64,000 nt of DNA from a virus (lineage: Duplodnaviria; Caudoviricetes), in IMG/VR virus record IMGVR_UViG_3300028172_000069; one strand, written 5' to 3'. Within the stretch, counting starts at the first letter, position 1. Each line of letters opens with the position of its first letter. Positions 1-10,036 of the stretch are shown piece after piece. Both the position numbers and the translations under genes were made by a program. The notes under the pieces are model-generated. The model was not told the DNA's origin, searched no databases, and saw only the letters and a list, made by a program, of their open reading frames with translations.

Positions 1-3000
1 CGCAGGTAGTCGATGAACGAAGCTGTGGTCAACTGCTTGACGACCTTGTGCTTCGCAGTCTTCTGCCCTTTCAGCTTGTGGCTTTCGTCGATGATGACGT
101 AGTTGAACTTGAAGGCCTTGATGAACTCCAGGTTGGTGCCAACGTCGATCACGGCGTTACCGATAACCACCGACATCTTGTTGTTGCGCAGGAAGTTGAA
201 ACCTGCAACGCAGATGGTGTTCGGTGGCGCAGTCGCGATGATTTCCTGCAGGCGGTCAGCACCCCAACGGTTGAAGATCGCACCGTTGATCGGGATCATG
301 TTCCACGTGTCACCAGCGAACTGGCGCATGTCGTCACACCAGTTGAGGATCAGACCGTCTGGGCAGAGCACCAGTGGCTTGACCTTCTTGTTGATGGACT
401 GCAGGTCCTTGATGATACAGGCCATGTCGCCCAAACCAATCGAGGTCTTACCGCCACCAGGCGCAATGTCGAGCACAGCAAACTTCGGCGGCTCTTTCTT
501 ACGCAGGAAGCGGTGAGTGTCCAGCTGGTGTGGGAACACGGAGAACTTTTCGGTCGAGCCAGCGAAGTGAATGTCTTCCACACCGACGCTAGTGTCGCGC
601 TCAATCGACTTGATGCCTTCTTCGGCTTCTGCCTCGATGGCCTCGTAGTTCTGCGCGTACTTGCCGAAGACAATAGCAATCGGCTTGACCTTGTCGAGGA
701 TGGTGCCCGAGTTAGGACGTAGCGCAGTGCGCTTGACCATCTTCGGAGTTTGACCTTCCTCGGCAATGTTTTCTTCGGTCACCATCGACTTCTCACCAGA
801 GGTGAGTTGCTCAACGGTCAGCGAGTTGATGCCGTCCAGAATCTGCTTGAGGACGTTACCACCGATGAAGTTGAACAGGCGAGCGAAGTGATGCGCGGGG
901 CTACGATCTGGAACGAAGTAGTCTTCGTGATCCGCGATCTGTTCGTTCGTGGTGAAGTAGTCCATGTCGGCACCACCACTCTCACGCACGTCGTTGTATA
1001 CCCACGAACCAGACTTGCCACTACACGCGTCGGTGGTACGAGAAATCAGCTCTTGGAGAAGCTCGATATCCTTGTCCTGATTGCGGCCAGCGCCCTTGAT
1101 TTCACCCGCCTCGCTCAGCAGACCTTTGTAGATACGGTCTTGGCGACGTGGGGTTTCCTCGTCGAGCTTCTGAATGCCCAGGTCGTTGAACGCTCTGGTA
1201 ATCAGTTCCTGCAGGCCCGGCACTTCGTTCTTGTACGCGTGGAAGAAGTACGTCAGGAAAATGTCGTGGAACAGGCTATCCTTGATGAAACGGCCTGGTT
1301 CACCCGAGCTGCCGTAGTAGAAGCTCGGAGGGTTTTCCATACCCAGCGGATCGGCGTGGGTCATGAGAGCCAATGCGTCGGCGAACGACTTCTGCATCGG
1401 CGCTTCGCCTTCCTTGGCCATGTTGTAGCCGAGGTAGTCAGCGATGGTCAACGCATCAGGTTTCACTGCACCGATCTGCTGGCGGCAACGCACGATGCCA
1501 GGACGACCAGAAGCGTACACACGGAGACCGTAGTCCCAGTCGTAGCTCAGCAGGCTGTCTTCAAAGCCGATCAGCTTCTTCCAGTTCTCCTGCACTTCCT
1601 GATAGACGTTGTACGGGATACCGTAACGCGCCAACTTGTCGTACGGTTCGCTGAACAGGCTGGAGCTGATGCCGTACTGCGCAGCGATCTTGCCCACTTC
1701 GTTACCCAGGCGTTCGAACTCCTGGATGCCAGTAACCTTGGAGCGATCAGCGGCAGTCGGCAGGTAGGCCAGGGTACCATCAGGTGCAACGTACAGACCG
1801 TCTTCGTTCGCACGGGTCGACTCAACGGACATACCGCTGGCCTTACGAGCGTCGGTGACAGCAGCCATCTTCGACACTGGCAGGACGTAGCGCGGGATGT
1901 TGCGAATCTTCATCCGGCCGTCGGTCAGGGCGTTCTTGGCAGACGTGCCCTTCTTGCGCAGGTACTGGGAAGCCCAGATGCTGAACCAGTTGTCGAAGGT
2001 GGTGTAATTGAGCTGCTCCGACTTCTCGGTTTGCGTGATGAACGCGGCAGTCGGCTTGTCGAAGGTAAAGGTGATAGTCGAACCCACCTTACGGTTGAGC
2101 AGCGACGCCTCTTCGGTGACGTTGTCCTGCACACGCTTCTTGAGCAGGGTCTCCGAGTTGAGCAACTCTTCTGGCGGGTTGGTTGCCAGCAGGTCGCTGT
2201 ACTCTTTCGACAGTGCTTCACCAGCCATGCTCTCCGCATGCAACACCAGAGTCAGGCGGCAGAAGCGCTCGGCGAAGGTCTTGCCATCGCTACCGAAGGT
2301 GATGTTGTCGAAGAAGTTGACACCCAGATCAACACCCAGTTCCTTCTCAAGGATGGACTGGAGTTCGGTGAAGTCAAAGTACAGCGGCAGGTTGACGCGC
2401 TGCGGCTCGAACGATGCGTACTCTGCACTGGCGCCGAACAGGGTAGCCAAGATACCACGCGCGGCCTTGATGACAGCCAGCGAGGTGTTGGTGCTGTACG
2501 ACTGGAGCTTGTTCGAGTCGTAGCCCATCTGGGTACGGTTCGATTCCAGGTAGTCGCCATAGCCCAGGTCCGAGCACATCAGGATGGAGTCGTGCGTCGA
2601 GCGCAGCAGGTTGACGTCCACACCGCCAGCGTACGTGGTCGAAGGAGTCACCGAGTGCTTGTTGCCAGCCATCATCGCGCCAATGAGCGAGTACATCGAC
2701 GCGGTCAGTGGGCTGGAGCCGTCAGCTTCGGTCTGCAGGATTTCACGGAAGCGGATAGCGTCAGCCGCCATTTCCTGAATGCGTGCAGTCCACTGAGGCT
2801 TGTTGCTTTCCATGGCGAACAGCGTGCGGCCGTTCTCCAGCAGGCGACGCATGAACGTGAACAGGACGTTCAGGCTGTTGGTGACCTCGGAGAGTTCTTT
2901 GAACAACTCCAGGATCGACGCGCGGCTCTTCCGGAAGAAGAATGCGTTGAAAGCCGAGTACAGCTTCGGTTCGAGGCTGACTGGTTGCAGCGACTTGATA

Positions 3001-3188
3001 AGCTGCGTGGAACCGACGTTGGAAAGCGACACCATGTTCGCTTCAAAGTCGGAATCTGGGGTTGACGCCAGCACCTTGTACATCTCGGCCAGTTCACTAC
3101 GGAACTCACCTTCTCTCGCTTCGGCCTGCTGGGCATTCGCGAGGTCAATCGCCGCAGAAATGCGGTTCAATTCAAATGTGGAACCCAT
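1..3188 (-). CDS. Large SNF2/SWI2-family SF2 ATPase/helicase, >1060 aa, C-terminus runs off the window
   Basis: Manual translation from ATG 3188 (GAGG RBS) is open to base 1. Q-motif VFPHQ, Walker A LDIAPGGGKTS (~440-475), motif Ia LVLCPDGLILNWCDDM, Walker B IIDESHK. Not in the ORF track; plus ORFs 48-722 and 750-3065 are its antisense shadow. Confidence 0.92.
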   Translation of the reverse strand, partial: MGSTFELNRISAAIDLANAQQAEAREGEFRSELAEMYKVLASTPDSDFEANMVSLSNVGSTQLIKSLQPVSLEPKLYSAFNAFFFRKSRASILELFKELSEVTNSLNVLFTFMRRLLENGRTLFAMESNKPQWTARIQEMAADAIRFREILQTEADGSSPLTASMYSLIGAMMAGNKHSVTPSTTYAGGVDVNLLRSTHDSILMCSDLGYGDYLESNRTQMGYDSNKLQSYSTNTSLAVIKAARGILATLFGASAEYASFEPQRVNLPLYFDFTELQSILEKELGVDLGVNFFDNITFGSDGKTFAERFCRLTLVLHAESMAGEALSKEYSDLLATNPPEELLNSETLLKKRVQDNVTEEASLLNRKVGSTITFTFDKPTAAFITQTEKSEQLNYTTFDNWFSIWASQYLRKKGTSAKNALTDGRMKIRNIPRYVLPVSKMAAVTDARKASGMSVESTRANEDGLYVAPDGTLAYLPTAADRSKVTGIQEFERLGNEVGKIAAQYGISSSLFSEPYDKLARYGIPYNVYQEVQENWKKLIGFEDSLLSYDWDYGLRVYASGRPGIVRCRQQIGAVKPDALTIADYLGYNMAKEGEAPMQKSFADALALMTHADPLGMENPPSFYYGSSGEPGRFIKDSLFHDIFLTYFFHAYKNEVPGLQELITRAFNDLGIQKLDEETPRRQDRIYKGLLSEAGEIKGAGRNQDKDIELLQELISRTTDACSGKSGSWVYNDVRESGGADMDYFTTNEQIADHEDYFVPDRSPAHHFARLFNFIGGNVLKQILDGINSLTVEQLTSGEKSMVTEENIAEEGQTPKMVKRTALRPNSGTILDKVKPIAIVFGKYAQNYEAIEAEAEEGIKSIERDTSVGVEDIHFAGSTEKFSVFPHQLDTHRFLRKKEPPKFAVLDIAPGGGKTSIGLGDMACIIKDLQSINKKVKPLVLCPDGLILNWCDDMRQFAGDTWNMIPINGAIFNRWGADRLQEIIATAPPNTICVAGFNFLRNNKMSVVIGNAVIDVGTNLEFIKAFKFNYVIIDESHKLKGQKTAKHKVVKQLTTASFIDYL

Positions 3189-3195
3189 GATAACC

Positions 3196-3582
3196 TCACG
3201 CTTTATGCCCACGGGAGTCGAGGATGGCTTGCCAGTACGGCGGCACTGGTTGCGTCTGCTCGCCTGCAATCACGATCAGCACCTGCACGATGGACAGCCG
3301 AGTGATCGGCTTGAACTGCGCGAAGTATTTGCTATCGTAGGCGATGAACAGGTCAGTAACCCGCTCTTTGTGCAGCTGGTCGTACACCTGCTTCTTGAAC
3401 GCGGTGACTTCACCATCGCTCGGCAGATTGTCCTCGGAAGGCATGCGCTCGTACAGTAGGTCTTGCTGCGCCGTAGCCAGAGCCTTGCTCAGCGTGTCCA
3501 CGATCTTGATTGCGTCTGCGCTCTTGGCGTCGGCCGCCAAGTCCGTCAGAGCTTTCTGGACTTTATCAAGTGCTTCGCTCAT
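3196..3582 (-). CDS. Hypothetical protein
   Basis: ATGA overlap with the upstream gene; MSEALDKVQK start. Confidence 0.7.
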   Translation of the reverse strand: MSEALDKVQKALTDLAADAKSADAIKIVDTLSKALATAQQDLLYERMPSEDNLPSDGEVTAFKKQVYDQLHKERVTDLFIAYDSKYFAQFKPITRLSIVQVLIVIAGEQTQPVPPYWQAILDSRGHKA

Positions 3583-4262
3583 GCGAAAACTCCCATCATT
3601 GATTTTCGCCAAAGTCCTTTTAGAGCAACGTCTAGGCGTTGGTAAAGAGGCACAATGACACCAAACTTCGCTTCATACTTGATGATCAGGTCTTTCTCGG
3701 TGCGTGCCATGAGCACACGTAAGTCCGGCGACTCAAAGGCAATGAAGAAGTCGCGATCCTTCATCGTCTGGAGCTTAGGAAACTTGCGCTTGTCACCGTT
3801 GGGCATGGTAGCCATCAGTTGAATGGGCATGTCCTTGTACAGCAAACCTTGGGTACGCTGAATCAGGTACTTCAGGTCGAAACGCTGCGGCCGTAAAACG
3901 ACTGTACCCACAAACGTGGGTTCAAAAGCGGCGCAGATGCTTGCAGCTTCCGACAGCAAGATAGACTGCTGATGGGAGCGCACGCGCATGTGGTCAAGAA
4001 TGTTGGTCTTACGCAGGAAGCCACGCAACAAACCCGATGGCTTACGCACGTCCACGAAGTCGGTGACCTTGTTCGCGAGCCGTGTTCGTGCACCTGCCTG
4101 GTTGATGAGGATTCGGAAGCACTCTGGAACAGCCTTGTCCGAGTTAGAGTACACTCGAAGTTGGGAGACTGCCTTCATGTTCAAGAATGCGTCCCAAACA
4201 GGACGATAATCCTCAGTTACGTCCTTTGGAAACTCGACGTCTTTCACGATTTTTAGCTTCAT
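3579..4262 (-). CDS. Hypothetical protein
   Basis: Operonic ORF; probable start MKLKIVKD (track starts at 4307). Confidence 0.7.
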   Translation of the reverse strand: MKLKIVKDVEFPKDVTEDYRPVWDAFLNMKAVSQLRVYSNSDKAVPECFRILINQAGARTRLANKVTDFVDVRKPSGLLRGFLRKTNILDHMRVRSHQQSILLSEAASICAAFEPTFVGTVVLRPQRFDLKYLIQRTQGLLYKDMPIQLMATMPNGDKRKFPKLQTMKDRDFFIAFESPDLRVLMARTEKDLIIKYEAKFGVIVPLYQRLDVALKGLWRKSMMGVFA

Positions 4263-4587
4263 GGAGGATGAGGTTCTTGGCAGCTTTGTGGCTTGGACGT
4301 GCAGCATGGCAGTACGGACACAAGGCTCTCAAGTTGTAGAAGGCAGTCTGACCGCCTTTCGACACCTCGATGATGTGGTCAACCTGCAACCCGTACTCGG
4401 ACTCAGGCCGACTGCACTTCTGGCACTTGTGTCCGGCACGCCGTTTCACTTCTGCGCAGATAGCGGCCCAGGTCCAACGATCACCATATGACTGCTCCTT
4501 GGTGCGACGTATCTTCGCCACGGTGCTTGCTTTCTTCGGCCCCGAGGTGATACGCGCTTTCGATTTGTGGACCTTAGGCCGCTTCAT
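4213..4587 (-). CDS. HNH endonuclease
   Basis: CxxC...VDHII.VSKGG....NL.ALCPYCH HNH/zinc signature. Confidence 0.9.
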   Translation of the reverse strand: MKRPKVHKSKARITSGPKKASTVAKIRRTKEQSYGDRWTWAAICAEVKRRAGHKCQKCSRPESEYGLQVDHIIEVSKGGQTAFYNLRALCPYCHAARPSHKAAKNLILHEAKNRERRRVSKGRN

Positions 4588-5444
4588 GTGAGTACCGTCC
4601 GTACACGCTCAAGCATGGCTTGGTAGCCCAATTGAATCTTGTCTGACTCGTCTTTACAGAGTCCTTTGAGGCTGGCGATCAACTGCTCTTGCTGGTCACG
4701 GCTCTTAACTGTGGCCTTGATGTTGGTGTGCATCTGGTAGAACAGGTGAACGAACGATTGGCCGACGAGCGTCAGGAAGGAGCCGTATGCACGGTTCTCC
4801 AGTTCCAGAATCTGCTGGCTCACGTCTTTCGCACTACGGATGTCCGCAATCACCTCTCGCATCTGCGAATACAGCGTGCTGAGTGCGTACACGTCCCGAC
4901 CGTTAGGGTTGTCCAGCATCTTGTCCTCAAAGAGGCCGATGATGGTCTGCAGGTTCTCGAACATTTCACGGTACTGCGAGTCAAACTCATCCGTGTTCTT
5001 GTCGAGTGGAACCATTGCGAATTCTTTGTCCAGCTTCTCCTTGCGCTTCACCATCTTGGTGACTTGGCGCATGGTTGCGTCGCCATCGACAGCGCGGATT
5101 TTCTTCTCCCGTACCCGTTTCTTCTTGGGCTCCTTGGGAACAGCTTCACCGTCTGCCTTTTTCTTCTTGTGAGAACGCTTTGGCTTCTCCGCAATGGCGA
5201 GGTCAAGGTCATCCTCAGGCTTTTTCTTCTTGTGCGAACGTTTCTTCTTCGGAGCTTCTTCGGCATCAGCAACGAGCTTGGCTACGCGCTCCTTCTTGGC
5301 ATCAGCCGAGGTGCGTTTCTTCTTACCCGTCTTGGCGCCACGTCGAGCATCGTCTGGAACGTCGCGATTTACAAAGCGTCCACGTTCGTCCACGTCGCCA
5401 GAGACGTCAAATTTAGAGTCTTTCGATCTTTTTGGCATACGCAT
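4584..5444 (-). CDS. Hypothetical protein, basic N-terminus and helical C-terminus
   Basis: 286-aa ORF overlapping the HNH start; two KRSHKKKK repeats. Confidence 0.75.
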   Translation of the reverse strand: MRMPKRSKDSKFDVSGDVDERGRFVNRDVPDDARRGAKTGKKKRTSADAKKERVAKLVADAEEAPKKKRSHKKKKPEDDLDLAIAEKPKRSHKKKKADGEAVPKEPKKKRVREKKIRAVDGDATMRQVTKMVKRKEKLDKEFAMVPLDKNTDEFDSQYREMFENLQTIIGLFEDKMLDNPNGRDVYALSTLYSQMREVIADIRSAKDVSQQILELENRAYGSFLTLVGQSFVHLFYQMHTNIKATVKSRDQQEQLIASLKGLCKDESDKIQLGYQAMLERVRTVLT

Positions 5445-5449
5445 GACCT

Positions 5450-5476
5450 AAAAAGGGGAACCCGGAGGCTCCCCTT
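5450..5476 (-). terminator. Rho-independent terminator
   Basis: Minus strand AAGGGGAGCC-TCC-GGGTTCCCC-TTTT. Confidence 0.75.
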
Positions 5477-5496
5477 GACCGCTAGGAAGCCACTGA

Positions 5497-6360
5497 TTAA
5501 CGAACGTGGCTGGTGAAGCGAGCCCAGAACTTCTCGAAGTATTCCGGACGGCGAATGAACATCTTGCGGTAGTATTCGCGGATGCGCTCGATGCTCAGGC
5601 TACCAGCAGCCACGGCCTCGAACTCGGCAGTCTCGTCGGCTTCGATATCGGCAGCTTTGACGCAGGCAACGACCAAATTGCGGTCGATCTGCTCCATGTC
5701 GTTTTCACGGTCAACAACCAGCAGCACGCTGGCAGTCGATTCTTCGGTCTCGTACACAGAGGCCAGAGCGAAGCCCATGGTGACGCGGCCGTCGTGGTTG
5801 ACGTAGGTGATCAGGTCACCGCCTTCGACTTCGTTACGCGCGGTGCCGAGATTGGCAGTCGCCACGGAAGTTTCACGTTCCCAGGTGGTGGACGAGGCGA
5901 CGCACTGCATCAGACCCTTCATGACTTCCAGATCATCGCCGGCGTGCGACTTGATCAGGATTTCGCCAGCGTCGGTCTTCTTCGCGCTCCAGAGACGCTC
6001 CTCGGAATCGAGGTACATGTTGGATGCGATGGACTCGAACTGGTCACGGTTTTCGTCGGAGAGCACGATGCGCTCTTGCAGCAGACCAACAACACCTTCG
6101 ATGGTCTTGGTGGTGCCGTCAGACGCTACGGTGACGAAGGTGCCTTCGATCGGAGACAGCTTGCCGTTCAGCTTGCGTACGGCGGCTGCGATATCGGTAG
6201 CACTGGCAGTAGCCAGAATGGTGCCGGTGATGCGAGCGAACTTGTTACCAGCGCAGGCAGTAGCGCGACGCAGGTTGAGTTCAGGGCCGCCTTTGCGGAC
6301 AGTGCGAATTGCTGCGGTGACATTGTTGCGGGCGTGTTTATGTGCGGACATGGTGGACAT
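5497..6360 (-). CDS. Hypothetical protein (possibly virion)
   Basis: 287-aa ORF with GGAG RBS. Confidence 0.75.
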   Translation of the reverse strand: MSTMSAHKHARNNVTAAIRTVRKGGPELNLRRATACAGNKFARITGTILATASATDIAAAVRKLNGKLSPIEGTFVTVASDGTTKTIEGVVGLLQERIVLSDENRDQFESIASNMYLDSEERLWSAKKTDAGEILIKSHAGDDLEVMKGLMQCVASSTTWERETSVATANLGTARNEVEGGDLITYVNHDGRVTMGFALASVYETEESTASVLLVVDRENDMEQIDRNLVVACVKAADIEADETAEFEAVAAGSLSIERIREYYRKMFIRRPEYFEKFWARFTSHVR

Positions 6361-6372
6361 TGGCTGTCTCCG

Positions 6373-6822
6373 TTAGTCGAGGGTGTAGACCGTTTTATTG
6401 GCCGAGTTTTTCGTTGCACGCAGCTTCTGCCGACGTGGCTTCACGCCAGCATCAGCGAGGCCAACGTGTACCCAGCTACCGAACTCTTGAATGACCTGAT
6501 CGAATTCCAGATCAGAGTCGCGGATAGCCACGTACAACTGCTCAACGGTCATGCCCGGCACGCGGATATCAGCGGCCAGAGCTTTCGAGTGGCTGGAGGT
6601 ACTGACACCGCCAACCATACGATTCAGTGCATCACCGCGGTAACCCGAGGTGATATCAATGCGCTTCAACTGCATGGAATCGCGCAGCTTCTGCAGGAAC
6701 TCTGCGAGGCGTTGGATGTTCGGCAGCAGCGCCTTGGGCACGGTGTTGTCGAGCCCATGTTGAGTAGCGGTATCCGAACGCTCGAACTCAGCGAGCTTGA
6801 AGTTGGGAGTGAGTTGCGACAT
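6373..6822 (-). CDS. Peptidase M15A-family endolysin/peptidoglycan peptidase
   Basis: NFKLAEF, ITSGYR, SSHSKALAAD (SxHxxxxAxD) and WVHVG zinc motifs; AAGGAG RBS before ATG 6822. Confidence 0.9.
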   Translation of the reverse strand: MSQLTPNFKLAEFERSDTATQHGLDNTVPKALLPNIQRLAEFLQKLRDSMQLKRIDITSGYRGDALNRMVGGVSTSSHSKALAADIRVPGMTVEQLYVAIRDSDLEFDQVIQEFGSWVHVGLADAGVKPRRQKLRATKNSANKTVYTLD

Positions 6823-6841
6823 TGGCTGTCTCTCCTTGAAA

Positions 6842-8059
6842 TTACGTGACATTGCGCAGCCACGACGTGTTGCGACCATAGCCGAACTTCGTGGTAGGTG
6901 CGTTGATAACAGACAGGCGACCCAGTTGGCGGCTGCCGTCGATGAACTGTCCACCTTGCGAACCATCACCAGAGTTGACGCCAGCGCGGGCGAGCAGCTT
7001 CTTGGCAGGCTTCACATGGTTGTCGAGGGCAGATTCGATACGACCCAGAGCAGACTCAATCGCAGGCGTACGGTCCACGTTCAAGCTCACGGTCTGACCC
7101 GAGAAGTCGAACGCCATTGCACCTTCTGCTTGAAGCTGTGCGCCAAGCGCGTAGTAGGCGCTGCACTGCAACCAACCGTCGAAGATCAGGCCCTGCATGT
7201 TCGTGCCTGTGAAGGACGTCAATTGTGGCGGGAACGAGTTAAACAGGTTCAGGCCACGGGCGAGATACTCCAGCAGGTCGCTCTGCGTGTAGTCCAGCTC
7301 AGGGATCACGTTGCTCAGGCGCGCCTTGTTGATGTACTGCTCCAACGATGCGCAACCCACGAGAATCTGAGGTGTGATGACCCAGACCTTGAAGGTGTAC
7401 ATGGTCGGCGTGAACGCTTTGAGCGGCGTGTGTTCGACAGTCAGCAGCAACGGCTCCAGCTTCGGCAGACCAGCAGCGTTCGGCAAGCGTACCATCGTGC
7501 GATTGGAGAAGCACTCCATCGCTACGCCAGCGTTATCCCAAGGCAGGTTGACCATGAGTGGCTGGTTGTTGCGGTACAGGCTGAAGGTGAGCATATCACC
7601 AGCGACTGCAGGTTGTGCTGGCGTACCCTTGCGTGGGTTTGCTTCGACCTTCTTCTTACCCTTGTTGAATGCGAACGGGAGCGCCACGTTCAAGCTGGAA
7701 CCATCACCGTAGAGCACGACGATATCACCAGTGCGCTCTTCGGAATCGGGGCTGACCTGAATGCCATGAGTGATGCGGTACGACTCACCGTCGTTACCCT
7801 TCATGATCCAGACAGCTTTGAGCTCCACTACATCAGTGAGGCCCATCATCGGAATCGGAAGGTCTGCACGCCAAGCGCCAGGCTCACGCGCATCGACCGT
7901 CGCAATAACCTCTGCGATGATCGACTTGTCCGTGTCGTACAAGCGTACCAGAGGGCCCGCCGTATCGTTTGCTGGATGGACTGGCTGCTCAAACTCGTCG
8001 AGGATAACCTCGATAATCGGCAGCGTGACGCCCTCCATGCACTTATGGATGTTAGCCAT
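6842..8059 (-). CDS. Hypothetical protein, possible head-completion/neck protein
   Basis: ~405 aa; C-terminal ALGAQLQAEG..FDFSGQTVSLNVDR segment recalls myophage neck proteins (weak, from memory). Confidence 0.55.
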   Translation of the reverse strand: MANIHKCMEGVTLPIIEVILDEFEQPVHPANDTAGPLVRLYDTDKSIIAEVIATVDAREPGAWRADLPIPMMGLTDVVELKAVWIMKGNDGESYRITHGIQVSPDSEERTGDIVVLYGDGSSLNVALPFAFNKGKKKVEANPRKGTPAQPAVAGDMLTFSLYRNNQPLMVNLPWDNAGVAMECFSNRTMVRLPNAAGLPKLEPLLLTVEHTPLKAFTPTMYTFKVWVITPQILVGCASLEQYINKARLSNVIPELDYTQSDLLEYLARGLNLFNSFPPQLTSFTGTNMQGLIFDGWLQCSAYYALGAQLQAEGAMAFDFSGQTVSLNVDRTPAIESALGRIESALDNHVKPAKKLLARAGVNSGDGSQGGQFIDGSRQLGRLSVINAPTTKFGYGRNTSWLRNVT

Positions 8060-8981
8060 TGCCTTTACCTGTGCAAATGTCGAGAACGATGCGCTCAACG
8101 TTAACGGCTACACCAGCGTCAATGTCGTGGCGATCCATGGATGAAACGAAAGGCGCAACGAGACTACTCACCGAAGTGGGTTGTTTCTGCACCATGTCCA
8201 GTACACCAGAACGCACGATGTGCTGGACTTCTTCAAAGAAGGGCTTGACGTTGGGATCGTCGATCTTCTTGAAGAACTTCGTCTGATACGTCAGGAAGTA
8301 GCGCACGAATTCATCACTGGTGTCCAGCTCCAGAACATCAGGAGCCCTATCCCAGAACTCACGCGCATACTTCCAGTCTTCCCATGGGTAACGCCACATC
8401 ATCTGCGGGATGGTCTTGAAGTACAGGTTGTCGTGGATCAACTTCACGTCGTCGCTACGCAGGCTGAAACTGTTTCGATCCAGCGCAATCGCTTTGGTGA
8501 AGCCGCCACAAATCTTGTACAACCATTCCAGCTGACGGCGCAGGGTGTTGTTCAGCCTGCACTGCACGCACAAATCAATCGGCAAGTTGATCGTCAGGTA
8601 GTCGTGACCTTCTTGCAGGTTCGGACCCCAGAGAGCAGTCATACCTGTGTTCCAGATGATCTGGCGGGGCAGCGCGAACTCACGTTGACGGCGCGTCATG
8701 GCGAAGGTGAATGACACGGGTCCTCTGCGCACGCGCGCATGTGGCTTGAGCATCGGACCGTAGCTCATATCCGTGAACCCGCTGAACACGTTGACCAGAG
8801 TGAACGTGGTATCACGAACCTTCACCGTTGGGCTATTCTCCAACTCCTGTTTCAGGTAGTCGAGGATGGGCTTGAACAGGATGTTGTGGGCGCGGTAGTT
8901 GAACGTCCCTATGTAGGACGAACCACCCCACGGCCATGCTGACAGTCGAAACGACAGCGGGTCAGGGAAATGTTGGTACAT
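8052..8981 (-). CDS. Hypothetical protein
   Basis: 309-aa operonic ORF. Confidence 0.7.
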   Translation of the reverse strand: MYQHFPDPLSFRLSAWPWGGSSYIGTFNYRAHNILFKPILDYLKQELENSPTVKVRDTTFTLVNVFSGFTDMSYGPMLKPHARVRRGPVSFTFAMTRRQREFALPRQIIWNTGMTALWGPNLQEGHDYLTINLPIDLCVQCRLNNTLRRQLEWLYKICGGFTKAIALDRNSFSLRSDDVKLIHDNLYFKTIPQMMWRYPWEDWKYAREFWDRAPDVLELDTSDEFVRYFLTYQTKFFKKIDDPNVKPFFEEVQHIVRSGVLDMVQKQPTSVSSLVAPFVSSMDRHDIDAGVAVNVERIVLDICTGKGNG

Positions 8982-8983
8982 GA

Positions 8984-10036
8984 TTAGCCTCGCTGGGTAA
9001 TCACGAACTGCCAGTGCTTGTCTTCGGTCCAGGTGCTGTGCAAGCGATTGGAACGACCCAGCTTGCGACGAACTTCAACATCGGACGCGATGACGGCGAA
9101 GATTTCAGTCTCCTGCGCAGGTGTCTTCTTGTTGAACTTCACCCAAACGTTGATGGCAGTTTTGCTGATCTGCACATCCTTGACGAAGTCCAGTGCCTTG
9201 AGAGCTTTGGTGATGCGTGTTGCATCGACCTTGAACGCAAGAGCACCTGTGACGGCCACGACACCTTCGGACGCGAACAGGAAGCGCACGTCGTTCTTGA
9301 TATCCTTGACCGCATCGCCCACGTCATAGTTGAACGGTGCTTGGAACCGATCAAGGATGTTGACGTGTGTGGTCAGCACGTATTCGCGGCCGACGACAGC
9401 GAGCGAGCAGGTGACCACAATCCAGAGCTTGGACTCGGTGTACTCAGTCGCTTCGTGGTACTGGACGAAGTCGATGCGGTCGTCTTCACTACCAACGAGC
9501 ACCATTGGGTCGAGAGCAACCTTGGTGTCGGCGTACACGCTCAGGAAAGCGTTGACCGCGTCTTGTGCCTTCTGGAACTCTTCTGCCACTTCACTTGGGA
9601 TGTGCTTGTTGGCAAAGTTCTCCACGGCCTCGAGAGCGTTGTTGTACTCTTCGGTCATGGCGGCGTGCTGGGCAAAGATTGCCTTGGCAGCACGCGAGTT
9701 GTTCGGGTTGTCGGAGCGCGACAGCTTGGTGACGATGCGATCCAACTCGTCAATGTCGTCGCTGTCCTGCAGTGCGCCGATGTGAGCTTTCAGCTTGGTG
9801 AAGCTGGGTGCCTTGAACGAACTCAGACGCAGGCCACCACCAGTCTTGATGCCGTCACCTTCGGTCACGTCGATCTTGTAGTCACCAGCGGCCGTTGCAG
9901 TGTTGCGACGGAAGCCGAACAGGGACTTCATGAAGGAGCGCAGACGCGCGGTGATTAGCCGATACTTCGGCATCTTCTTGGTGGCATAGTCAATGAGCTG
10001 CTGGTCGCTCATGCCTTCAATATCAATGGCACTCAT
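8984..10036 (-). CDS. Hypothetical protein (possibly virion)
   Basis: 350-aa ORF, ATGA overlap. Confidence 0.75.
   Translation of the reverse strand: MSAIDIEGMSDQQLIDYATKKMPKYRLITARLRSFMKSLFGFRRNTATAAGDYKIDVTEGDGIKTGGGLRLSSFKAPSFTKLKAHIGALQDSDDIDELDRIVTKLSRSDNPNNSRAAKAIFAQHAAMTEEYNNALEAVENFANKHIPSEVAEEFQKAQDAVNAFLSVYADTKVALDPMVLVGSEDDRIDFVQYHEATEYTESKLWIVVTCSLAVVGREYVLTTHVNILDRFQAPFNYDVGDAVKDIKNDVRFLFASEGVVAVTGALAFKVDATRITKALKALDFVKDVQISKTAINVWVKFNKKTPAQETEIFAVIASDVEVRRKLGRSNRLHSTWTEDKHWQFVITQRG

Noticed and set aside
48-3065. Long plus-strand ORFs 48-722 and 750-3065, and similar long antisense ORFs (e.g. 16523-18403, 19101-20702, 43109-44581, 45328-46893, 57330-58850)
   Set aside because: They are in-register antisense shadows of motif-bearing genes, expected from strong codon bias; no motifs or RBS.
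4584-5444. Terminase small subunit assignment because of the adjacent HNH
   Set aside because: No recognisable motif and no large terminase in the window.
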